Notes: a model not told the origin generated them from the letters alone. Positions 46,758 to 55,875 are shown, counted from the stretch's first letter. The stretch is DNA of 64,000 bases from Candidatus Kapaibacterium sp. (GCA_013414795.1 CP058732.1:1161744-1225743); one strand, 5' to 3'. Program-made: numbers and translations.

Positions 46758-47534
46758 ATGGAAAATAGTAAAATCAAAATTTTAGTTATAGACGATGAGC
46801 AAATTGTACTCGATAGTATAAAACGTCTTTTGAAAAAGGACGAAAATTATATTATCGAAACTGCACTTTCAGCAATGGAAGGTTTAGCAAAAGTTGATGA
46901 GTTCAAACCAAATGTCATTCTCACTGATTTGATGATGCCAGAAATTGATGGCTTGGAATTGCTGAAAAAAGTTAAAGAAAAGGACGAAAAGATTTTTGTG
47001 ATAATGATTACTGGCTATGCAACAATTAATACAGCACTTCAAGCGATGCAACTTGGGGCTTTCGACTACATTGCAAAGCCATTTACTCGTGAAGAGTTGA
47101 GACGAGTCATTGAAAGGGCTGCAAGTTTGGTTGAAGTGCAAAAAACTTCTCAAATTAAGTCTCCATTGCAAAATGAAATTATTGGAAATATTCAAGGAAT
47201 TGGTCAATATTCTTGGTTGATGATGAATGACGAAGGGCTTGTCGTTTTGGGTGTCGAAAGAGCTTTTCTTTATTCAGTGGGAAAAATACAAACTGTGTAT
47301 TTGCCATCTGCTGGGGACGAAATTAGGCAAGGTAGCGTTTTTTTCCAAATATTTTCTTCGGATTTGCGTACCCAATCGATTTATTCTCCTCTTTCGGGTA
47401 CTGTTGTCGAAGTAAATGAAAAAGTTTTGGCTAATCCAGAACTCGCAGCACTCGACCCTTATGGCGAAGGTTGGTTGATTAAAATAAAACCAAGCAACTT
47501 TGAAGATGATATGAAAACACTTGGATTACTTTGA
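46758..47534 (+). CDS. response regulator: CheY-like receiver domain fused to a glycine-cleavage-H-protein-like (lipoyl-domain fold) C-terminal domain lacking the lipoyl-lysine
   Basis: The receiver has KILVIDDE...ILTDLMMPEIDG...KPF. The C-terminus SIYSPLSGTVVEVNEKVLANPELAALDPYGEGWLIKIKPSNFEDDMKTL aligns with GcvH (...VKAASDIYAPVSGEVVEVN...SPELVNSDPYGEGWIFKIK), but Leu replaces the lipoylated Lys. Confidence 0.8.
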   Translation: MENSKIKILVIDDEQIVLDSIKRLLKKDENYIIETALSAMEGLAKVDEFKPNVILTDLMMPEIDGLELLKKVKEKDEKIFVIMITGYATINTALQAMQLGAFDYIAKPFTREELRRVIERAASLVEVQKTSQIKSPLQNEIIGNIQGIGQYSWLMMNDEGLVVLGVERAFLYSVGKIQTVYLPSAGDEIRQGSVFFQIFSSDLRTQSIYSPLSGTVVEVNEKVLANPELAALDPYGEGWLIKIKPSNFEDDMKTLGLL

Positions 47535-48585
47535 TTTTATGAAAGAAGCAATACTTTATGAAGTAATAGATGACAATACTAAAGAAGTTGAATGTAAACT
47601 TTGCAGTCATTATTGTAAGATAAAAAATAACTATGGTGGAATATGCCGAGTGCGTTTCAATCACAATGGAGTTCTCTATTCCTATACTTATGGAAAGGTA
47701 GATGGGGTTGCAATCGACCCAATCGAAAAAAAGCCATTCTATCATTTTAAACCAAAGAGCAGAGTCTTGTCGTTCGGAACCCCTGGATGCAATTTCAAAT
47801 GTGCAAATTGTCAAAATAGTTATCTTTCACAATCAATTAAATTGAAGCCAGACCATTTGCTTGTCCAAGAAACTATACCACCAGAGGAGATTGTAAGACT
47901 TGCAGAAAAGTATGATGTCGATGGAATTTCGTATACATATTCTGAACCAACAATTTTCTTTGAATATGCAAGGGATATCATCTTGAAATGCAAAGAAAAT
48001 CCAGGAACCAGGAATTTAGTACATCTTTTCGTTTCGAATGGATATTTCAGCAAGGAAATGCTACAAATTGTTGTCGAAGAACAACTACTTGATGCTATTA
48101 ATATAGACTTAAAATTTATTGACGACCAAAAATATTTAAAGATAACTGGTGGACATCTTAAGCCTGTTTTGGATAGTATTGAACGGGTATTTTCGGCAAA
48201 CATTCATATGGAGATAATCAATCTTGTCATTCCTGGAGAAAACGATACCGACGAGTCTTTCTCGAAAATTTCTGAATTTATTGCAAATTTGTCGAAAGAT
48301 ATTCCTTTGCATTTCAGCAGATTTTATCCTCAATACAAAATGACAACCAAGACGCCGACGCCCTATTCGACATTAATCCGTGCAAAGGAAATTGCGGAGT
48401 CCTACGGTTTAAACTTCGTTTATATTGGAAACACTGATATTCCAAATGCTGAAAATACATATTGTCCCAATTGCAAATTTTTAGTTGTTGAACGTGAAAG
48501 ATATTTAACAAATGTAAATTATTTTGTGGAAAATGGGAAAGCAAAATGTCCAAAATGTTTAGAAACATTGCCTATAGTTGTTTAG
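47521..48585 (+). CDS. AmmeMemoRadiSam-system-type radical SAM enzyme (PFL-activase-like)
   Basis: The N-terminal AILYEVIDDNTKEVECKLCSHYCKIKNNYGGICRVRFNHNGVLY has a Cys-rich zinc-ribbon-like segment. The radical SAM cluster motif GTPGCNFKCANCQNSYLS (Cx3Cx2C) is present. Confidence 0.8.
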   Translation: MDYFDFMKEAILYEVIDDNTKEVECKLCSHYCKIKNNYGGICRVRFNHNGVLYSYTYGKVDGVAIDPIEKKPFYHFKPKSRVLSFGTPGCNFKCANCQNSYLSQSIKLKPDHLLVQETIPPEEIVRLAEKYDVDGISYTYSEPTIFFEYARDIILKCKENPGTRNLVHLFVSNGYFSKEMLQIVVEEQLLDAINIDLKFIDDQKYLKITGGHLKPVLDSIERVFSANIHMEIINLVIPGENDTDESFSKISEFIANLSKDIPLHFSRFYPQYKMTTKTPTPYSTLIRAKEIAESYGLNFVYIGNTDIPNAENTYCPNCKFLVVERERYLTNVNYFVENGKAKCPKCLETLPIVV

Positions 48586-49733
48586 TGATTGTTCTGTTTT
48601 ACCTTTTGATGGTTAGTAAAAGCGGAACATTATATGCCCAATGGCCTGCGATGAAGACAGATGCAGATAGTCTTGTGCGGTTGGGTGCAGACTACATTTA
48701 CAATATGGAATTTGATAAAGCCGAACAGTGCTTCAAGCAAGTTATAGAAAAATATCCAGAACTTCCCGCTGGATATTTTTTGAATGCAATGGTGGATTGG
48801 TGGAAAATTGTTGCATTTCGCAATTCCCAAGAATTCGACAAGTCTTTTCTTGAAAAAATTGACCGAACAATCCAAGTTTGCGACAGAATACTCGATACTA
48901 ATGAATTCGAATTGAGTGCTTTGTTTTTCAAAGGCGGTGCGATTGGATATCGAGGTCGATATCACGCAATTCGTGAAAACTGGTTTCGTGCTGCCAACGA
49001 TGGTTATTCGGGTTTTAAAATATTGACGAAATGTCTTGAAATTGCCCCAAACAATTACGACATTATGCTTGGTACTGGTGTTTATAACTATTTCGCCGAG
49101 GTTCTTCCTTCGGAAAATCCCGCTTTAAAACCATTGATGCTTTTTCTTCCCAAAGGTGATAGAAAACTTGGAATATTACAACTTCAAGCCTCGGCAAAAT
49201 ATGCTCGATATGCAAATGTCGAGGCAAAATTGGTGTTGTTGCAAATTTTTAACGATTTCGAAAAAGATTACTATTCTGCATACACAATTGCAAAGGAATT
49301 AGTTGAGAAATATCCCAACAATCCAGTTTTTCAGCGATATTATGGTAGGACGCTTGTCTCGCTCTACTATCTTGACGAATGGGAAAAGCATTGGAAAATG
49401 ATACTTAATTGGTACGAGCAAAAAAAGCCTGGTTTCGATGTTGCAACTGCCAGAGAGGCAATGTATTACATTGGCAGTGCTTTGTTTGAACAAGGACGCT
49501 ACGACGAGGCTTTATCATATTTCTACAAATGTGATGAATTTTCACGTAAGTTAGATAAGAATGGTCCTTCGGCTTTTATGATTTACCTAAACTTAAAAGT
49601 TGGAAAAATATACGACCTTCAAGGTAAACGAAATTATGCAATTATGCAATATAACAAGGTCCTTTCTTGGAAAAATTATCGAGATTCCCACGAACAAGCA
49701 AAAAAATACCTCCAAACTCCATATACAAGGTAG
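48555..49733 (+). CDS. secreted TPR-repeat protein
   Basis: A signal-like N-terminus (IAYSCLVIVLFYLLMVSKSGTLYAQ) is followed by TPR-like helical repeats. The start is uncertain (48546, 48555 or 48609), and it overlaps the rSAM gene end. Confidence 0.6.
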   Translation: MFRNIAYSCLVIVLFYLLMVSKSGTLYAQWPAMKTDADSLVRLGADYIYNMEFDKAEQCFKQVIEKYPELPAGYFLNAMVDWWKIVAFRNSQEFDKSFLEKIDRTIQVCDRILDTNEFELSALFFKGGAIGYRGRYHAIRENWFRAANDGYSGFKILTKCLEIAPNNYDIMLGTGVYNYFAEVLPSENPALKPLMLFLPKGDRKLGILQLQASAKYARYANVEAKLVLLQIFNDFEKDYYSAYTIAKELVEKYPNNPVFQRYYGRTLVSLYYLDEWEKHWKMILNWYEQKKPGFDVATAREAMYYIGSALFEQGRYDEALSYFYKCDEFSRKLDKNGPSAFMIYLNLKVGKIYDLQGKRNYAIMQYNKVLSWKNYRDSHEQAKKYLQTPYTR

Positions 49734-49770
49734 ATTTTTTAATTTTGAAATTTTGCAAAATTTTTTTCCG

Positions 49771-51012
49771 ATGGTAAGACTTTTACTATGCTTTTTGATT
49801 TTGTGTATTAGTTGCACGACCGAAGTTTTTCCCAAGGTTGGCTACCAACAAAAAATTCTTCTTGGTATTGATGTTTTAGTTCGTGATGATTTTAAAATAC
49901 TTTATGGGAAAAGAGTTGGGTTGCTAACGAATTCGGCAAGCCGTTCTTCATCGAAAAAAATGACTGTGGAGTATTTCGTAAACAATCCCAAATTTACTTT
50001 AAATGCAATTTTCACCCCAGAACACGGATTTTTTACAACCGTTCCTGCTGGCAAGTATGTTCCCGACGATAGCCTATATGGGGTTCCAATCTTTTCGCTT
50101 TATGGAAATAATCGAAAACCAACTCCCTACCAAATGTCTCTGGTTGATATCGTTGTTGTAGATTTGCAAGATATAGGAGTACGTTCCTATACTTTTATTA
50201 GCACTCTTTACAAAGTTATGGAAGCCTGTGCAGATGCAAATATTCCGCTCGTTATACTGGACCGTCCCAATCCGCTTGGTGGAAATCTTGTTGATGGCAA
50301 TGTGCTTGAACCGCAATGGGCTTCATTTGTGGGAATTGTTCCAATTCCATATTTGCACGGCTGTACTATTGGCGAAATTGCTTTTATGATAAATGAAGAA
50401 GGCTGGCTGAAATCCAACGGAGTAACGAAAAAGTGTGATTTAACTATTGTTAAGATGGAAAACTGGAAGCGACAAATGAATTGGGAGGATACCAATTTGG
50501 AATGGTTCCAAACTTCACCCAACATAAAGAGTGTTGACGCTATACGTGGGATTGCTATGTTTGGTGTGCTTGGCGAGTTGGGACTTTTTAATTTAGGTGT
50601 TGGTACTGACTTGCCCTTCCAAGTTTTTTCAATTCGAAATGTGAATGTGAAAAAGTTGGAAAAGTTAGTTTCTGAATTAAAGTTTGATGGCGTTGCTTTC
50701 ATAAATAAAGAGAAACAAAAGCATTTAGAAAAAGAGCACAATAGTTTTTTGATTAAGTTTGCAAAAAACAAAGAATGTAAATACTATACTTTTGGTATGA
50801 CTTTGTTGTTTGAAATTCGGAAGGCTTTTCCACATTTATTTTCTTATGAACGACTTAAGTCGAGAAGAATAGAAATGTTCAAAAAAGTAACTGGAACAAG
50901 CGTTTTGTTCGATAGTTTAATTCAAGGAGATGAAACCGAATACTTTAATTATTTAAACAAAGGATTGGATGAATTTTTAAAACTTCGCTCTAAATATCTA
51001 TTATATAAATAG
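49771..51012 (+). CDS. DUF1343-family protein (NamZ-like exo-beta-N-acetylmuramidase family)
   Basis: The signal or lipoprotein start is MVRLLLCFLILCISC. The family motifs are DIGVRSYTFISTL and LVILDRPNPLGG. The track ORF starts at 49600 inside the previous gene, so 49771 is preferred. Confidence 0.7.
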   Translation: MVRLLLCFLILCISCTTEVFPKVGYQQKILLGIDVLVRDDFKILYGKRVGLLTNSASRSSSKKMTVEYFVNNPKFTLNAIFTPEHGFFTTVPAGKYVPDDSLYGVPIFSLYGNNRKPTPYQMSLVDIVVVDLQDIGVRSYTFISTLYKVMEACADANIPLVILDRPNPLGGNLVDGNVLEPQWASFVGIVPIPYLHGCTIGEIAFMINEEGWLKSNGVTKKCDLTIVKMENWKRQMNWEDTNLEWFQTSPNIKSVDAIRGIAMFGVLGELGLFNLGVGTDLPFQVFSIRNVNVKKLEKLVSELKFDGVAFINKEKQKHLEKEHNSFLIKFAKNKECKYYTFGMTLLFEIRKAFPHLFSYERLKSRRIEMFKKVTGTSVLFDSLIQGDETEYFNYLNKGLDEFLKLRSKYLLYK

Positions 51013-51020
51013 GGATAGCA

Positions 51021-53174
51021 TTGGCTAAACTTTGGCAAGTTAGAAGGGTTCCGTTAAAAATTACAATTAACAAAATTGTTGAAAAAATTTACAATGCGTT
51101 TCATCCAAAAAGTGAACAAGATTTTTACAAAAAATACTTTGTAGATTTACAAAATTTAAGACCTTTTAAAAAACTCGAAACTGGTTATTTCGGAATAATA
51201 GATAAATCTTTGCTGGTTGAAAAGAAAGACTTGATTGAATTTCTGGGAAATCAAATTCTTGAACATAAATTTAATCTGCTTGGTACGGGTTGGATAAATC
51301 GTAACCACATTCAGAACTTTGAAGAAATAATAAATATTCTGCCAGAATTCTATCGAGAAAATTCACGGAAACTATTTGGCTATCTTAACGCAAGAAATTA
51401 CAAACCAATAAATTATTGGAATGACCCGAAAAGTGGTTACCTTTGGGAACCAAAGTTTTACAAAAAAATTAGTATTCTGCTCGGTTCCGATATAAAACAA
51501 CCTTGGGAACTTGGGAGAATGCAACATTTACCAATTTTGGCTTATTGCTATTTTCTTTTCCAAAACGATGTGGTTCACTCGAGGAAATTTTTAGATGAGT
51601 TCCAAAGCCAAATCATTGATTTCATTGCAACAAATCCTGTGGGATATACTGTTCAATGGCTTTCTCCAATGGATGTTGGCATTCGTGTTTCAAATTGGCT
51701 TTTTGCATACGATTTGTTTTCCGATTTGGGAGCCGAATTTGACCAGAACTTCTTGGATGTTTTTATGCAAAGTATTTTCGAACACATTGAATTTGTTCTG
51801 GATAATTTAGAATGGTCTGGTGGTCTTCGAGGTAACCACTATTTTGCAAACATAACTTCTTTGCTATTTGCTTGTTCTTACTTACCATTTAGTGACTATT
51901 CGACCTCAATTTTGGCATTTGCGATAAACGAACTTATATCCGAAACGCTTTATCAATTTCTTCCCGATGGCGGAAACTTCGAGGCTTCTACCTATTATCA
52001 TATCCAAGTTGTTGAAATGTTGCTTGTTTCTTTATACCTTATTCAATCTTATGAACGAAGCCGACTTTACGACTTGAACGAGTTTTTGAAATTGAAAGGG
52101 AATATAATATTTGGAAAAAGAAATTTTAAACCATCCAAATTTTCAATCGACTTGGTTAATAATCGAATTTTGTATCCAAATGAATTTTTAGAACGATTGT
52201 ATAGAGTTGTAAAATTCACTCATTCGATTTTCCAAACAAACGACAAATTCATTCAAATTGGCGATAGCGACAGTGGTTTTTTCCTTCGCCCGTATTACTT
52301 TTTTGATAATTTTAAAGTTAATGGCGAAATTTTCGAGGAAGTTCAAAGAAGACCTTTCCTCTACGAGTTAATAAATTCATTGAGTGAAAACAATTGCAAA
52401 GGTAAATCTCTTGTCTTGAAAAATTCATTGAAACATTCTTTCAATCTACCAAAAAGTGAAATAGTTATTTTTCGTAAAGTATTTCCCTTCGTTGATTTTG
52501 GTTTGTTTGTGATTAAATCTGCTGAATTCGAGTTGTTTCTCCGTTGTGGTAGCATTGGACAACAAGGAAAAGGTGGGCACTCCCACAACGACCAGTTGTC
52601 TTTTGTGTTGTGTGTAAAAGGAAAGGAATTTTTTGTTGACCCAGGAATGTACTGTTATACTTGTTCAGAAAAAGAGAGAAATAAATATCGTTCCGTGCAT
52701 ATGCATAACACGCTTGCTATTGAGGATGAAGAACAAAATCTATGGAAAGTTGGGGACACAGAAAATCTTTTTTGGATTTACAAACATCGCACAAAAGCTA
52801 AGGCATCTAAAATATTTGATGATTTAATCAAAATGCAACATTTTGCATATACAAAGCCACACATTAGAATAATATCTTATGAACCCGAGCGAATTGTTTT
52901 CACAGACACTTTAAATTCGAAAAAAGATAAAATTCTTTACTTCCATCTTCATCCAAATGTTGATATTACAATTAAGAATGATATTTTTATATTAACTAAT
53001 GAGCAAGTAACAATCAAACTTCGACTTCCAGAAGCAAGTTTTGAAGTAAAGAATTATGATTATTGCCCACAGTATGGGGTAAAATTAAGAGCAAGTAAGA
53101 TTGCAGTTCGTTCCAATGAGCGTTGTTTACAATGGTTTATTGATTTTGGCATTGAAAACGAAGAACCCACCTAA
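51021..53174 (+). CDS. heparinase II/III-like family protein (no signal peptide)
   Basis: 717 aa. The C-terminal region GSIGQQGKGGHSHNDQLSFVLCVKGKEFFVDPGMY resembles the heparinase II/III-like GHxHxD motif. The N-terminal part is alpha-helical toroid-like. Confidence 0.55.
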   Translation: MAKLWQVRRVPLKITINKIVEKIYNAFHPKSEQDFYKKYFVDLQNLRPFKKLETGYFGIIDKSLLVEKKDLIEFLGNQILEHKFNLLGTGWINRNHIQNFEEIINILPEFYRENSRKLFGYLNARNYKPINYWNDPKSGYLWEPKFYKKISILLGSDIKQPWELGRMQHLPILAYCYFLFQNDVVHSRKFLDEFQSQIIDFIATNPVGYTVQWLSPMDVGIRVSNWLFAYDLFSDLGAEFDQNFLDVFMQSIFEHIEFVLDNLEWSGGLRGNHYFANITSLLFACSYLPFSDYSTSILAFAINELISETLYQFLPDGGNFEASTYYHIQVVEMLLVSLYLIQSYERSRLYDLNEFLKLKGNIIFGKRNFKPSKFSIDLVNNRILYPNEFLERLYRVVKFTHSIFQTNDKFIQIGDSDSGFFLRPYYFFDNFKVNGEIFEEVQRRPFLYELINSLSENNCKGKSLVLKNSLKHSFNLPKSEIVIFRKVFPFVDFGLFVIKSAEFELFLRCGSIGQQGKGGHSHNDQLSFVLCVKGKEFFVDPGMYCYTCSEKERNKYRSVHMHNTLAIEDEEQNLWKVGDTENLFWIYKHRTKAKASKIFDDLIKMQHFAYTKPHIRIISYEPERIVFTDTLNSKKDKILYFHLHPNVDITIKNDIFILTNEQVTIKLRLPEASFEVKNYDYCPQYGVKLRASKIAVRSNERCLQWFIDFGIENEEPT

Positions 53175-53185
53175 ACGGTGGGTTC
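53163..53185. terminator. hairpin (possible bidirectional terminator) between convergent genes
   Basis: GAACCCACC-TAAAC-GGTGGGTTC perfect 9-bp stem that overlaps the stop codon of the heparinase-like gene. The U-tract is weak. Confidence 0.4.
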
Positions 53186-53214
53186 CTCTAATTGAGTGAA
53201 GTAATTTAAATTAA

Positions 53215-54501
53215 TTAAACCCAACCACGAAGTTTTACAGCCTCGGCAACTCTTGAAATAGCAATCATATATGCAGCGTCACGCATATAGACACCCTGCT
53301 TAATCGCAAGGTCCAGCACTGAATGATAGGCGCTTGTCATCTTTTGGTCGAGTTTGGTTAAAACTTCTTCCTTCGTCCAGAAATAGTTCATATTGCATTG
53401 AACTTGTTCGAAATAGGAACAGGTAACTCCACCAGCGTTGCACAAGAAGTCTGGAATGACGTGAATGTTCTTTGCCTTGAGTACCTCGTCTGCTTCTGGT
53501 GTTGTTGGACCATTGGCACCTTCGGCAATAATCTTTACAGTGGGTTTAATCAATTGCACTGTATCTTTGTTGATTTGGTTTTCCAAAGCGGCGGGGACCA
53601 AAATATCCACTTCTTGCTCAATCCAAGCATTGCCAGGAAGCAATTCAAAGCCAAGTTCTTTGGCTTTTTCTTTATCGATTTCCCCAAATTTGTTGGTAAT
53701 GCTCTTGAGTTGTTCGAAATTAATACCGTCTTTCTTTAGGAAGGTAATTGCCCGCTGTTCTTTTGGATCCCAGGAAGATACAGCAATGGCGGTTCCGCCC
53801 AACTTTGTATACAATTCAAGAGCGTATTGGCTAACATTACCAAAACCTTGAAAACTAGCCGTTGTCTTTTTAATATCAATTCCTAAATGTTTTAGGGCTT
53901 CGCGAACGGTGTAAATTACACCATAGCCTGTTGCCTCGGTACGCCCGAGAGAACCGCCCAGACCTAATGGCTTACCAGTGATGAATCCAGGGGCTTTAAT
54001 TCCAGTGATTTTCTCATATTCATCCAGCATCCAAATCATATGTTGTGCGTTGGTCATAACGTCTGGTGCTGGAACGTCTTGCAATGGTCCGACGTTTCGA
54101 GCAATTTGGCGAACCCAGCCACGGCAAATTAGTTCTTGCTCTCGGAGTGAAAGATGGTGTGGGTCGCAGACAACTCCGCCCTTGCCACCACCCAAGGGAA
54201 TGTCGACCACAGCAGTTTTCCAGGTCATCCACATTGCAAGAGCACGCACAGTATCGATTGTTTCGTTGGGGTGGAAACGAATTCCGCCTTTCGCTGGTCC
54301 GCGAGCATCACTGTGTTGAACGCGGAAGCCACGGAAGACTTTGTAAGTACCATCATCCATTCGAACTGGAATGTTGAATTGGTATTCTCGGTCTGGCCAA
54401 CGCAGTAGATCACGTGTTGCTTGGTCAAGACCTAACTTATCGGCAACAGCATCAAATTGTCGCTGTGCCATATGAAATGGATTGAAACCCTCTGTTGACA
54501 T
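53215..54501 (-). CDS. gdhA: NAD(P)-specific glutamate dehydrogenase
   Basis: 428 aa. The Glu/Leu/Phe/Val dehydrogenase signature region is GGGKGG...K, and the Rossmann motif is GFGNVSQ. GC content (~50 %) is conspicuously higher than in the neighbouring genes. Confidence 0.9.
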   Translation of the reverse strand: MSTEGFNPFHMAQRQFDAVADKLGLDQATRDLLRWPDREYQFNIPVRMDDGTYKVFRGFRVQHSDARGPAKGGIRFHPNETIDTVRALAMWMTWKTAVVDIPLGGGKGGVVCDPHHLSLREQELICRGWVRQIARNVGPLQDVPAPDVMTNAQHMIWMLDEYEKITGIKAPGFITGKPLGLGGSLGRTEATGYGVIYTVREALKHLGIDIKKTTASFQGFGNVSQYALELYTKLGGTAIAVSSWDPKEQRAITFLKKDGINFEQLKSITNKFGEIDKEKAKELGFELLPGNAWIEQEVDILVPAALENQINKDTVQLIKPTVKIIAEGANGPTTPEADEVLKAKNIHVIPDFLCNAGGVTCSYFEQVQCNMNYFWTKEEVLTKLDQKMTSAYHSVLDLAIKQGVYMRDAAYMIAISRVAEAVKLRGWV

Positions 54502-54537
54502 AGTAATTTCTCCGTTAATTGTTAATACAAATCAAAT

Positions 54538-54558
54538 AACTTCGAATTAATCGAAGTT
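54538..54558. promoter_or_regulatory. perfect 8-bp inverted repeat AACTTCGA-N5-TCGAAGTT about 37 nt upstream of gdhA, a candidate operator
   Basis: Read directly from the sequence. It lies in the 303-bp AT-rich divergent gdhA/ilvE intergenic region. Confidence 0.35.
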
Positions 54559-54804
54559 AAAAGTGCAAATTAAGAAAAAAAGTTTTCCTCAAATAGATAG
54601 AATTTCAATATTTATGAGTTCTGTAAAAGTTTGTTAATTTTTGTGTTGTTTTTGATTTCTCTTAAAATGCTTTATGTTTGAAAATCTCTTGATATATATT
54701 CAAATCATCTACTCAACATTTCTAAATACAATTTTAATTATTACTTCTGTATTTAGTTTTTTTTTTGTAAAATTATTTTTCGTAAATATTTCTTTGGTGA
54801 AAAA

Positions 54805-55875
54805 ATGGGAATAGTTATTGAGAAAGCAACTGAAACTCGTTATGATTCAATTGATTGGAAGAATTTAGGATTTGGTCGGTATTTTGCCGACCATATGTTT
54901 ATAAGTTTTTACAAAGATGGGAAATGGGACGAGGGAAAAATTGTTCCCTACGGACCAATTTGTTTTGAACCAGCGATGATGACTCTTCACTATGGTCAAA
55001 CCATTTTCGAAGGTTTAAAGGCTTACTATGATGTCAATGGAGGTGTAAATCTTTTTCGCCCAGATATGAATGCGAAAAGGATGAATAACTCTGCCGAGCG
55101 TCTTTGCATTCCAAAATTTGACGAAAAGAAATTTGTCGAGGCAATTATTGAGCTTGTAAAATTAGACAACAAGTTCGTTCCAAAAGTAAAAGGCGAATCG
55201 CTTTACATTCGTCCTGTGTGTTTTGGGAGCAGTTCGTTCTTGGGAGTTCATCCTTCGAGCGAATATACGTTTATTATTATGACTTCACCCGTGGCTTCTT
55301 ATTATCCTGAAGGATTGAATCCAGTGAAGATTTTAATTGAAGACCAGTTTGTGCGTGCCGTTCGGGGAGGCCTTGGGAACGCAAAAACTGCTGCGAATTA
55401 TGCCGCCTCGCTTTATGCGGGACATAAAGCAAAAGAAAAGGGATTTTCCCAAGTTCTTTGGCTTGATGGAATTCAACACGAGTTCGTTGATGAAGTTGGA
55501 GCAATGAACATTATGTTTGTAATCGACGATATTTTGATTACTCCACCATTAAGCCAAGGCTCTATTTTGCCTGGGGTTACACGCGATTCGGTTCTTATTT
55601 TAGCAAGAGAAATGGGAATTAAAGTTCAGGAGCGTTCTATCAAAATTCAGGAAGTTCTCGAAGCATATGAAAGGGGAACTTTGCAGGAGGTTTTTGGTAC
55701 TGGGACTGCTGCAACAATTTCGCCTGTTGGCAAATTGTATTACAAAGACAAAGAAATGATTATCAATAATAATCAAATTGGTCCGATAGCCCAAAAAATG
55801 TATGATACATTAACAGGTTTACAGCACGGCTTAATAAAAGATACTCACAATTGGATTATTCATATTGATATTTAA
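54805..55875 (+). CDS. ilvE: branched-chain amino acid aminotransferase
   Basis: 356 aa. The fold-type IV PLP enzyme is indicated by conserved ...EGLKAY..., the Lys region, and C-terminal GTGTAATISPVG. Confidence 0.9.
   Translation: MGIVIEKATETRYDSIDWKNLGFGRYFADHMFISFYKDGKWDEGKIVPYGPICFEPAMMTLHYGQTIFEGLKAYYDVNGGVNLFRPDMNAKRMNNSAERLCIPKFDEKKFVEAIIELVKLDNKFVPKVKGESLYIRPVCFGSSSFLGVHPSSEYTFIIMTSPVASYYPEGLNPVKILIEDQFVRAVRGGLGNAKTAANYAASLYAGHKAKEKGFSQVLWLDGIQHEFVDEVGAMNIMFVIDDILITPPLSQGSILPGVTRDSVLILAREMGIKVQERSIKIQEVLEAYERGTLQEVFGTGTAATISPVGKLYYKDKEMIINNNQIGPIAQKMYDTLTGLQHGLIKDTHNWIIHIDI

Noticed and set aside
49600-49770. Track ORF start at 49600 for the DUF1343 gene, overlapping the TPR gene by 134 nt
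   Set aside because: The overlapping N-terminal extension has no signal and no conservation-like features. A Met at 49771 begins a clean signal or lipoprotein sequence (MVRLLLCFLILCISC) right after the upstream stop. The true start is taken as 49771.
53215-54501. Elevated GC (~50 %) in gdhA versus ~33-38 % in neighbours, as a sign of horizontal transfer
   Set aside because: Other highly conserved metabolic genes here also show locally raised GC: thiolase 1142-2314 and pdxJ 38597-39328. The pattern tracks protein conservation and Gly/Ala/Arg-rich composition rather than a single foreign block. There are no flanking mobility genes. HGT cannot be fully excluded without phylogeny.
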